Positions 25,723-36,949 of a stretch of 64,000 nt of DNA are shown in pieces. Source of the stretch: Octopus sinensis (taxonomy: Eukaryota). Within the stretch, counting starts at the first letter, position 1. Each line of letters begins with the position of its first letter. Below the pieces are notes generated by a model that saw nothing but the letters and a program-made list of their open reading frames with translations, had not been told where the DNA came from and searched no databases. The translations under genes were made by a program, and so were the position numbers. The stretch covers positions 26,846,001-26,910,000 of the forward strand of contig NC_043006.1 in assembly GCF_006345805.1 (NCBI RefSeq). Direction: 5' to 3'.

Positions 25723-26329
25723 CATGGCTGTGTGGGAAGAAGCTTGCTTTCCAACCACTTGGATCCAGGTTCAGTCCTACTGCGTGACACCATAGCCTCA
25801 GGCTGACTAAAGCCTTGTTACTGGATTTGGTCACGGCACTCCGTCGGTTATGACAACAAGGGTTCCAGTTGATACGATCAACAGAACAGCCTGCTCATGA
25901 AATTAAAGTGCAAATGGTTGAGCACTCCACAGACACATGCACCCTTAACATTGTTCTCAGGGAGATTCAGCATGACAAAGAGTGCAACAAGGCTGGCCCT
26001 TTGAAATGCAGGTACAATAGAAACAGTAAAGAAAGAGTGAGAGAAAGTTGTGGTGGAAGAATACAGCAGGGTTCGTCACCACACCCTGCCAGTGCCACGT
26101 GGAGCTTTAGGTGTTTTCGCTCAGTAAACACTCACAATAAAGGTAAGGTAACCGAAACAAATTTGTATAATCAATTTTTAATAATATATAAACAAAAATG
26201 TAACATGGAAAAGAAAAAATATTACAACAAACTAAAAGTTGCATAATTACAAAAAAATTAAATTTTCATTCATGCATGAAATTTCTTCAGAAAAATTAAA
26301 GAACTAATGTTCAAATGTCCATAAGCCAG

Positions 26330-26800
26330 TTTAAATTTAATGGCTTTTGTTCCTGTTTATTGCTTCAGAGTTTTTCAAAACGTGGCACTTTGTTGTTGAG
26401 AGCAATCCACATGTCTGCTTGTGCAGCCACGTGATTTCTCGATTTTGACTTCATTGACAAAAGGACACTAAATCCAGACACATCAGTATGCTGTCGTGAA
26501 TGGGATGAGCACATTTAGTGCTTTTTCACAAAGTCTTGGAAACATGTCCATTGCCGAACACCAATATTGTTCTAAAGTTTTGTTTTCAAACTGCATTTCA
26601 AGAACATGATTTGTGCACAGTTCAATAAGATCTTCCTTCAACTCTTCATCATCCAACATATTATCCAAATCAAAGGAGTATGGATTAATAACCCATTCTT
26701 CAGAAGTTTCCAGTTTTCTTTCTCCAATGGGTTTTATGGTAATATTCCGAAAGTCTGCTTTTCCTGTTTCCAGTAAGGATGGTGGGGCACAATGAGAAAC
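26330..26800 (-). mobile_element. hAT (Charlie/Buster-type) transposase C-terminal fossil
   Basis: FPRLCEKALNVLIPFTTAY*CVSGFSVLLSMKSKSRN...DMWIALS, the hAT dimerisation motif (PFATTYLCETGFS). Confidence 0.8.
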
Positions 26801-27881
26801 ATTTACTGCACTTTTGACCTTGATAAAAAATGTTCTTATAAATGTTCACTATCTAACCAAAGCTACATCAGCTAAGCAAATGACCTTCTCTAAATGCATT
26901 AAAAACACTATAACATTCAGAACACTATTTCAAAAAATTATCTCCTTTCTCTTCAAGCATATGAAAGACAAATTTAGATGGGTCAAAATGAGTAAGGAAA
27001 GATAAGGTAAACTGCCTTTTCAATTTTCTAGAATTACATTTGAAAAAAAAACTCATACACATCAATATCTTGGTCAAATGAAAAGGAATCATAGGAAAAT
27101 GGCATAATATGACTAAATCGAAAAACTCAACATAAAATATTCTCTATAGTTTCTTCACTATCTGCTGGAGTGGCTCTCTACAGAATTCTGGTTTAAGCAC
27201 CCCATATAACCCCTCATAACTTTTTAATTTTTTGGAATTTTCAAAACATAAGTTATTCATACAACTATGAAAATTTTTTCTTTAATTTTTCAATTTTGTT
27301 TTTAAAATTACAGACAGTTCTAAATTTTGACTTCATGGGGAGAAAGATATTGAAAAGCATCAATACATCAGAGTGACAAAGGAACAAGAAGGGTATCAGG
27401 TGGTCGACACAAAAAATTTTTCTCTTTGTTTTTTTCATAGTCACATGAATTCCTTTATGTAGAATACAAATTTGCAAAAATTTCCTCAAAAGTCGAAAAC
27501 CATTCATTCCCCCATGCAGTTAAAGAGAAGAGATTATTGAAATTGATTATTACTCATTTTGCCCCAGTTTAGACATCAGTTTTTGAAAATTGAAAATTAT
27601 CAAATTAGGAAAAAATTGACTTGGAGCCCAACAGAGAAAAGAATTTCGATTATTGAATACCCAAAATTATCTAGATATTTTATTAGCAGCCTCAGTTACA
27701 ACTGGGTCGAAGTTGAGGCAAAATTTTCTTGAAAATGAAGTACCTGTTACCTGATGGTTTCAAACTGCCTCAACTGCAACAACAATGGTGGCCAATGTTT
27801 ACTCCCAAAGATGATGCAAGAATACCAAATGTGATTAATGTTTACAATATTACCTGGAAACAAAAAAAAAAATAGTGCAAC

Positions 27882-29058
27882 AGGTGTAAAAAAATGTGTA
27901 GGAAACAAATATGAAAATAAAAATGCGAGGAAAGGTGGGAAACGGACTTCGGAAATTCACAAGATCCGAGTTTTTCTTTCATAACTTTTAGGAAAATGGG
28001 TTTTCTTTAATGAAATTTTATTTAAACACCTTTCAAACAGCATACATTACGACTATAAAGAAATTTGCAGGTAAAATCTTTTTTGAGGAGGTGAGGAGAG
28101 GACTTTGGGAAATTCACAAGATCTGATTTTTTCCTCGTAACTTTAAGGTAAATGGATATCTTTTAATGAAATTGTATCTATATATGTAGCTTTCAAACGG
28201 CATGCATTACAGATGCCTAATGAGCTGCAAACTCCTTATTTTTGTTCAGAAAAAAGGTGGGGGGAGAAATGTGAATTATTGGAAAATGTTTTTCTTTTTT
28301 CAATGAATGAATTACAGTGACCTAAGATGCTATAATCTGCAATCTGGGATTAATATATCCAGTGATTTTTAAAAGATATGTAAAAGATATTTTGTTTTAA
28401 TATTATACTTTTACTTGTTTCACATACAAACACTAACGTGGGTTTTGTAAGGATTTTGTATCATTCTTTCTCTCTCCTATCCAGACTTCATTACCACTAA
28501 TTTTTATAATTTCAGCATTTTCACTTATTATTCTTTTCAAACCTGTTTGAATTTTCAATCTAATATAATACACACTCTAGAAAACGTATTTCTGCAAAAT
28601 GTTACCTTAAAATACAGGTAAAGAAAAGGGGCTAGTGCAGTTTCGTACATCACCTTTAAAAAATGTATTTTTGTGGGTCCCTCCCTTTTTCTGAACAAAA
28701 ATAAGGGGTTTATGGCACATTAGGCATCCGTAATGCATGACATTTGAAAGGTATTTATATACAATTTCATTAAAAGATATTCATTTTCCTCAAAGTTATG
28801 GGCGAAAATCTCAGATCTTGTGAATTTACCAAAGTTCTCTCCCTACCCCCTTAGATTTTATGCACAAATTTCTTTTTAATCATAATGAATGCCATTTGAA
28901 AGGTATTTATATAAAATTTCATTAAAAAAAACCCCATTTTCCTAAAAGTAAAGAGGGAGGACCTCAGATCTTGTGGATTTTCTAAAGTCTCCCCACTCTC
29001 CATTGCTTTCCACGCATTTTTGTTTTCATATTCGTTTCCTACACATTTTTTATAACCT
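27882..29058. repeat. Foldback-like long inverted repeat (arms 27882-28267 and 28679-29058)
   Basis: Arms are diverged reverse complements, each built from about two 155-bp subunits; termini AGGTGTAAAAAAATGTGTAGGAAAC / GTTTCCTACACATTTTTTATAACCT. Confidence 0.8.
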
Positions 29059-29064
29059 CAGGTT

Positions 29065-29460
29065 ATAAAAGGTGCCAGCAAATCATGATTTCTCGTCTTT
29101 GGTTCTAGTTCTTCTCAGGGCTAACCTCTGACCACAGAGTGACTCAGCCAGTTCCAGTTCCATCAATAGACGACCAGCCCACCCAGCCATGTTCCTGCTC
29201 CAGCTGACGCCATCATCTCAACCGTCACCGTTCTCCATCTCCGTCGCCTTCATCTCCAGCAACACTAATACGTACACAGCACTAGCTCAGGTTTAGCTTT
29301 CTCACTGTTGTGATTTTCTCCAAGGTTAACAGCACAGCACTACCTGCAAGAATTCCTGTATCATGAGACCTGGCACAACATTGAAGCCCCAACTGCTACA
29401 CGACATGTCTTCAACCGGCATTCTGCCTTGTGACCCCAACATCCTGTTACAGAAATATTA
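29065..29460 (+). mobile_element. Dispersed LTR-like repeat, partial copy
   Basis: Homologous to the reverse complement of about 52400-52800 (cgtctttggttctagt...ctaacctctgac...cctggcacaacattgaagcc...gccttgtgacc). Confidence 0.5.
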
Positions 29461-29470
29461 CTATTGTGTA

Positions 29471-29938
29471 TTTTAATCAATCGATTACCTCCATTTAGGT
29501 AAATAACATTCTGTGTATAATGAATATGTCCCTCCTTTAAGAAACAGATTGGGTTTATTTACATTTGTGAAGAAAAAAAGACACCCTTCCCCAACCCCTA
29601 ACCCTAACTCTAAAATAGATTGAAATGCAATAGATCGATACTAAGGCCATAATTATGGTTGACATTTTCATTTGACATCGCTAGAAAAAAATCCCATTTT
29701 CCGTAGTGGTGTCGTATGAAATTGCCACCTATAATTATAACCCTAGTATCGATCTATTGCATTTCAATCTATTTTAGATTTAGGGTTAGAGTTAGGGTGA
29801 GTTAGGGTTATGGGTGGGGGAAGGGTATCCTTTTTTCTTTACAAATGTAAATAAACCCAATCTGTTTCTTAAAGGAGGGACATATTCATACAGCACGGAG
29901 TGTTGTTTACGTCAATGGAAGTAATCGATTGGTTAAAA
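29471..29938. repeat. Inverted repeat with degenerate (TTAGGG)n (arms 29471-29643, 29744-29938)
   Basis: gaatatgtccctcctttaagaaacagattgggtttatttacatttgt...cctaaccctaac mirrored by ttagggttagagttaggg...acaaatgtaaataaacccaatctgtttcttaaaggagggacatattc. Confidence 0.85.
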
Positions 29939-30114
29939 TTGCCGAAATGCTCGAAATTTCATACGAAATATCTTACAAACTATAGAATTTTCTCAATAAA
30001 GCCAAGAGAAAATGATGTTTTATAAACACATTCTACCAGTATACGAGGTTTAAAACTTTTTAGATTACGCCCTATATTAACCATTTTTTCTTAGTTTAAA
30101 GGCCGTGGACTGAA

Positions 30115-30545
30115 GATGTGAAATTTCCGAAGCCTCTCCCCCACCCCCCTTTCGCGAGCGCGCATTTTTTTCATGATAGTCGTTTAGAGCAAGTTGTTTT
30201 ACACCTATTACGCTGTTTTTGTTTTTGTTTTTGTGCCCGGTTCAGACGCTTTCGGAAATTCCCGATATAAATTTTCCGAGGCCTCTCCCCCACCCCTCTT
30301 TCGCGAGAGCGCATTTTTTTTGTCATATTCGTTTAGAGCAAGTTGTTTTACACATATTACACTATTTTCTTTTTGTTTTGGTGCCCGGGTCAGCCCCTCA
30401 GACGCTTTCGGAACTTCCCGATGTGAATTTTCCGAGGCCTCTCCCCCACCCCCCTTTCGCGTGCGTGAATTTTTTTTTTCATATTCGTTCATAGGAAGTT
30501 GTTTTACACCTATTACACACATTTTTTTTTTGATTTTCTGATAAT
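30115..30545. repeat. CpG-rich tandem repeat, about 3 units (starts 30115, 30264, 30420)
   Basis: gatgtgaattttccgaggcctctcccccaccccctttcgcg unit; bracketed by the direct repeat ACGCCCTATATTAACC (30067-30082, 30550-30565). Confidence 0.85.
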
Positions 30546-30599
30546 CGTAACGCCCTATATTAACCTTTCGGTTAATATAGAAAGTGCCGTTCAAAAGGA

Positions 30600-31541
30600 A
30601 AAGATCCCGTTCCTCTTCTAAATGTAAAGTTATGTATTTATTGTTGTTATTGATTTCACTGTTTTACGCGATGCAAGTCCCTCGCTGATTCTTGTTAGTT
30701 CTTTTTTTTTTTCGCCTTTGTACTATCATATAAAAGAAAAATTAGACGTCATATGAATTATAGTTCATCCAGTTTTCTTCGCAAAAGATTGAAAATAACA
30801 GTTAAGTCAGATAAGTTCTAATGAGGATAGGATTTTAAAATTTCGACTACAAGGGAAACAAAACAAAGCCGAAAATTTGAAATACTGACGTACTTTCATA
30901 CCTGAGCTTACATTGCTTCAAGTCACGTCTTATTAACAAATTAATGGTTTGAAAAATAGATATAACTCAACTCCAGTCGATTTATCCGACTTTACATCGG
31001 TCATGACAACATATTTAAAAAGAAAACACTTAAAATTCAATACTGACGCGTAAATTCAAAATACACGTGAAAATTTGTACAAACTATTTATTAAAACAGA
31101 TAAAAGCTAAATTTTTTTAATGTTCTTTCGTGTTATATCGTTTCTTCGCGCATGTCTTGGAGCCAAAATTTTTAATAAACTGTTTTACAAAAAAAGAAAA
31201 AAAAAAGGATTACTGACATATGCTTAATTGAATACAAGAAAATTCTCTGCCGATTGTAAATATTCATTAGAACTAGAAAAAAACGTAATTTACAATATTA
31301 AACAAATTATTAATTAATTAATTCATTCATTCATTTATTCATTCATTCGTCCATTCATTCATTCATTCATCATTCATTCATTCATTCATTCATTCATCCA
31401 TTCATCCATCCATTCATTCATTCATCCATTCATCCATCCATTCATTCATTTCTCGCACTTAACAACAGTGTTTGATCACGTGATTATACTAAGCAACCTG
31501 TCTAGTCTTTGTTGTCAGCTAGAAACATCCGAACGAAAATT
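30600..31541 (+). promoter_or_regulatory. Putative SPATA18 promoter/5' UTR
   Basis: Visibly more CpGs than the flanks; (CATT)n at about 31318-31451; E-box CACGTG 31477-31482; X-box-like half site CTAAGCAAC 31489-31497; ATG at 31542. Confidence 0.45.
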
Positions 31542-31631
31542 ATGGCAGAAGACCGATTGCAACGACTTTGTCGAATTGCACCCTTTTCTAGGCTGCAAAT
31601 CAAACTAGTAGATTGGCTGGAAGAATTTAAC
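31542..31631 (+). CDS. SPATA18: SPATA18/MIEAP first coding exon (GC donor)
   Basis: MAEDRLQRLCRIAPFSRLQIKLVDWLEEFN|gcaagt vs human MAENLKRLVSNETLRTLQEKLDFWLKEYN; phase 0 joins exon 46258. Confidence 0.85.
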
Positions 31632-32064
31632 GCAAGTTAATCTTTTATATTTTAAAACTTTTCTATAGATATAATTGTTTCCTTCACGTTATTGAACTTA
31701 AATTGGCTTGCTGAGGTCTACCATTTTTTCCTTCACTTTAAGGGTAATTAACCAAAGTTGACATGATTTAATATCCAGTTTGGATCCATGCAGGTTGATG
31801 CTTGTAGGACTGTGCTGTTAGGTTTTGATCTCTAGCTAGAAGTCAACAGGTTCACATGAAACTTCTGATATACACACACGTACGCATTATATATTGAGAT
31901 ATTCGGATAGGTGTCCTCACCTTTGTTGTTATAGTTCAAATATATCGGCGCTAACCCAACCTAGTAACGCCCCTCCATTTTCTTAAAGAGGTATCCCAAA
32001 GTTAAAGGCTCAGAAATATCTTTATTTATTGTTTAAAATTAAAATGATCTGTAGGCATATCTAG

Positions 32065-32400
32065 GTAAAGACCCCCTTCGGTCATGAATGACCATGGGAT
32101 TGCACCTAGAAAGTTACCCTCCTAGACACAAGTCCGGGCAAGGTTGTTTATGGAAGGCTAGCAGTCGCCCATGCATACCAGCCTCCCCTCTCCACGCCAC
32201 CAGTGTTATCCAAGGGAAAGACAAAGGTCGATACAGCTTGGCACCTGTGACGTCGCAACTCATTTCTACAGCTGAGTGAACTGGAGCAACGTGAAATAAA
32301 GTGCCTTGCTCGAGAACACAACACGCAGCCCGGTCCGGGATTCGAGCTCACAACCTCACGATCGTAAGCTCGACGCTCTAACCACTGAGCCATATACCAC
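32065..32400 (-). mobile_element. tRNA-derived SINE with CORE-like middle
   Basis: Minus: TGGCTCAGTGGTTAGAGCG (A box)...GAGCTCGAATCCC (B box)...ctcgagcaaggcactttatttcac; CpGs well preserved. Confidence 0.8.
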
Positions 32401-33948
32401 ACCAACTTTGTTTTCTCACAACTTTCAGAAAAATGGGCATTATCTAATGAAATTTTCAATAAATACTTTTCAGATGTGGAGATTCCAGTTTTATCGGAAT
32501 TTATTGTGAAAAAGTTTTTGGAGTTGAGGAAGGGGAAAGAGAGGAGTTTCGGATAATTCATACAAGTTGACTTTGTTTCCTCAAAACTTTCAGAAAAATG
32601 GGTGTTTTTAAATGAAATTTTCTACAAATAGCTTCTTAGATGTTATAGATTACAATTATACCGGATTTTAATGTTGGGGGGGGACACGTGCACATACATA
32701 TTGGTATATATCATTAAAAATAACCATTTTTCTGAAAGTTATGGGGAAACAAATTTAGTGGGAGAGTGTACGCTTTTGTAGGTATGCCAATGATCCAATT
32801 CCTTTCATATGTGCTATATGTGTGAATAAGCCACAGATTCGTATGTGTATAGTTGTGTGTGTGTGTGTGTGTGTCTACTACTAAATATAATAGCAACATT
32901 CCACATCAGTACATAAATTGTGTTGAAATGCATAGAAACATTGAAAGAACATCAGTAAAAATGCTTTATGATATTTCTTCCAACTTTTTACATTCAAACC
33001 CCACCAAGGTCGACTTTGCCCCTTGTCCTTTCAGGGTTAATAAAATAAAGTACCAGTCAAGTATTAGGATGAATGATATTGACTTACCCCTCCCACTGGA
33101 ATTGCTGGATTTGTATCTTGATTAGAAGCTGTTCTTTTAAATAAGACTGAGAAATATGGGATCATATGAGTGGAATGTCTCTTTATAAGTTGGCTTGATC
33201 AGAGCTGCCCTGGGCTAAACAACAGTAATAACAAGCAACAGACTCATCCCAGCCAATGAACAATCCTCTATGTGGCCATTCTATTTGCTAGAAATAGCAA
33301 CTAGATCATTACTGAAATGCTTTTGATTGTAGAGGTGTAACCAGATCAAGGCTGACTAAGGGCAAAAAACCACACCAACAGACTACTGTTTTCTTGAGAT
33401 AGAGATTTATCACAATTTCCAGCCAATCATGTGACTGTTTAGGAGTTTCCTCATTAACTGAGATGAGTTTGTTACTAGTTGTTATTGTGTGGCCACAAGG
33501 CAGCTCTGATCTAACAGACCTGTGATCAAAAGTATCCCATCCATGACTATCATCAGTCATTGCAGTCCAAGTTTGAATAGCTTCAAATCAGTACTTGTTT
33601 GAAGTAGCTTCAAATCAGCATGAAGGAAATTTCAGAGGGTTGGCATTTAGGAGAGTAAGCACTAGACATTAGCGAGGGGCCTGTGGGGAAACACACAAAT
33701 TGAGAAATAAAAGAAGGAGGCAGATAGTATTGAGTAAGGTTGGATTGAGATGGTGTACACCCAGTTAGCTCCATGGAGCAGAGGCCATTGTTGTAACACT
33801 AGATGTTGAAATGCTTAGAAATATTGAAAGAACATCAGTAAAAATGCTTTATGATATTTCTTCCAACTTTTTACATTCAAACCTCTCATTTTCTTTTTTC
33901 GGACAACAAAATAGTATTGCCTGTGCATTTCCTTGCAATTTAGTCAAA

Positions 33949-34322
33949 ACTAGCACTATGACCCAGCAACACCGGGTCATAGTGCTAGTGCATGCATATA
34001 CAGCTGTGTGCATGTGCACATACACGCGAGTACTGTCCAAATCTCCAACCAATCACATACAGCTAGCTGGCATTCAATTGGCGTATCAAGTTTCGGGTAT
34101 TTTGATTGGGTTTTGGATAGAAAATTCACAAAATAGTCACTTCTATTGATTTTTTAATGGCTTTGCAGGGTGACTGGGGAAATGTAAAGATGTGCACAAC
34201 AACCCTTGGACGGTTTTGAATGACCATAGAAAGTGCAAGCCCTCTAACTGCAAAAATTGTGGATTTGTATAAAGGATACACACACACACAGACAAACATT
34301 TTGCCGTTTATATATATAGAGA
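33949..34322 (-). mobile_element. Non-autonomous Helitron with palindromic 3' end
   Basis: Minus start A|TCTCTATATATATAAACGGC; end ...GGGTCATAGTGCTAG|T; 16-bp perfect inverted repeat at 33949-33989. Confidence 0.7.
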
Positions 34323-34749
34323 TAATAATTTAATAAGTCATATTCTTCCCCTTTCTAATATAGCCACATACCAAAAAAATATGATTAGTTCTTAACCAGT
34401 TTTCTTCATTTATTTTTAATAGCTTAGTCAGAGGAGGAAGGTAATATCTATGACTTTATTTCAGGGGCTCCAAGACCGGTTGTAGAAAGAATGGGAGTCA
34501 TCCTGAGATTGATGACTTTGTCTAAATACCGTGACAGAAATGGCCCTATTAAAATGCACCCATAAGCCAGAATTAAGTCTCCCATACAAGAACAGGAATG
34601 GTCAATCAAATTTCATTCAGAAATTTCAGAAACATGAAGCAATGATAGAAAACATTTGCTCCAGGTGCTGCACACCTAAAACTTCATAGTTGCAAAGCAT
34701 GCACTTTAATTGCTTAGCTTTTATACTCACAAAACTTTACTTCTCAATT

Positions 34750-35572
34750 AAAAAGTTCCCGAACCCTGAACTAGTTCTGTAGTGCACCAACAGATGGCAG
34801 CACATGGTTGCGTGCACAGTGAGAGCTAGCAGTGACCATCATGAAGTAGTGTGCCAAGTGACATTGCTGTTTTTACTTCACAGGTTATGAAATTTGTGTT
34901 TTTGTGGTCATGTGTATGCTAGAGTCTGTGATTTTGTCATGGACAGGAACAAAGAGCCAACGTGTAATTTTGCCTTAAACTTGGGAAGTCTGCTACAGAA
35001 ACATTGAGCATGTCTTGGCAAGCTTACAGCAATGAAGCAATGGGCTGTACGCAATATTTCAAGTGGTATAGGTACTTCAAAAGCAGAAGAACATCTCTGG
35101 AAGACCTGCCATGAGAATCACCCCCAGAAATGTGGTGTTCATCCCCCAGGGCCAGACTGTAAATCCAGAGTTCTGCTGCAATGTTTTGAAGCATTTGAAG
35201 GAGGACATTTGGCAAAAGTGACCAGATTCGAGCAAAGAATTGGATTCTTCATGATGACAATGCACCCTGTCATCAAGCTCTCCTCATTTGTGAGTTTCTT
35301 GCCAAAAACATGGTATTGCTTCCACACCCACCCTGTTTCCCAGATTTAGCACCCGTGGGCTTCCATCTTTTCCCCAAGAGGAAAATGCAGCTCAAGGATT
35401 GCTGTTTTAACACAGTTGTTGAGATACAAAGTGAATCACAGAAGTTCCTCGACTCATGGAAAACGACTGCCAGGCCAGATTCCAGAAGTGACTATTTCAA
35501 AGGAAATTTAGGTAGATAACTTATTTTTTATTAAACATAACTAGTCCCAAAACCATTTGATACCACCTTGTA
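34750..35572 (+). mobile_element. mariner (DD34D-type) internally deleted fossil
   Basis: MDRNKE...KLGKSATETLSM...; HDDNAPCH...HPPCFPDLAPVGFHLFPK, cf. HPPYSPDLAPxDF. Confidence 0.85.
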
Positions 35573-36949
35573 TATTTATATTGAAACCAGAAAGTACAAT
35601 TTTTAAAAAATAATTATCATGCAAAAAGGCATTTTCTCTATCAAATTTTGCGTTTTTAACAAAATGTTTGTATATAAATCAAATATACTATGAGGTATAT
35701 GAAAAATAAATTGGTTCCATAAAAAAGCATAATACATTCACATAAATCTTGCTAAATATATGTTCAAATCAAATATTGGCCCATATATGTAAAGAAAAAT
35801 TTCCTTTAGTTTACATTTAACTTTTTGGTTAATATTAAGTTAGGAGAAGGTAGCAAGCTAGCAGAATCATTATTAGCATGCTAGGCAAAATGTTTAATGG
35901 CATTTCATCTGTCTTACATTTGAGTTCAAATTCTGCCAAAGTCAGCTTGGCCTTTGATCCTTTTGGGGTCAAAATAAATACCAATTGAGCATCAGGATCA
36001 ATGTAATCAACTTACTCCCAATCCAAATTTGTTGGCCTTGTGCCAAAGTTTGGAACCAATATTAGGTTAGGAGGACATACATATCATATAAAGGACTGCT
36101 TGTTTTCATTAGGCTTTCTAAGTGTGGAGATATTTGAATAGGATTAGTGTCAGTCAAATTAGATCATGACTGAATTTAGTAAATGATTATTCTAATACTC
36201 ACAAGTAAGGATTAGATTTTCTTTCTCTGCTTAAAGTTATCTTGTTTTTGTGTCATTGATTATTGCTCCTCTTATAATTAATAACCAACAATAACAGTAA
36301 ATTTAAAACCTTGTATGTGTGTGTGTGTATGCACGCATGCGCGTGCATGTATAGCTTCATGTATTATAGATAACCTGATGCCAATACCATACCAACAGAT
36401 ATTATCTTTGCATATAATCAAATTGGTTATTATCATTAACCATGAAGTAACTTAATTTTATGAAGTCTTATTTCTTCTTACCTATTGTAATGTAATACCA
36501 TTTCCTTTCTTGTATCTTCATTTGTTCCATTTTATTTTTGCTGTCGAGAAAAATGTAATAATCCACCTAGTGAATTGAAATTAATATATCATGAGGAAAG
36601 AAGGGCTCTTGGGAAACATTTCTAGTACTGACTTCTTGACTGATATATAATTTTCTCTCTCTCAGAGGTTAGTAATAAGGTCATCAATTATGAAACTCAA
36701 AAACATTCAATATACAAACAGTAGCAGGCTGTATAGTAATTGATTGATCAGAAATCATTTAACATTTTTAAGTTTAAATTCCAACAAAGATTAATTCATC
36801 TTCCATCCTTCTGAATTTCATAAACTAAGGTTTTTAATCAAAGTCATCATCTTCATCGTCATCATTGCCATGGTCACTGTCACCACCATTATTTTACTTC
36901 CGTTTTCCTATACGTTCAGGATACGTGCAATCTCGTCTGCAGTACCTGT

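Noticed and set aside
29590-29820. Telomere or telomere-fusion site
   Set aside because: Only a few degenerate TTAGGG units embedded within longer repeat arms; better explained as part of a mobile repeat.
31148-31157. p53-like half site GCGCATGTCT upstream of SPATA18
   Set aside because: One mismatched decamer with no adjacent second half site; expected by chance.
17400-31500. Beta-sarcoglycan (SGCB) expected from human head-to-head synteny with SPATA18
   Set aside because: No exon resembling sarcoglycan was found on either strand.
32330-32400. tRNA-like sequences (also 44700-44775, 6070-6145)
   Set aside because: They have A/B boxes but no complete cloverleaf and continue into SINE bodies; these are SINE heads, not tRNA genes.
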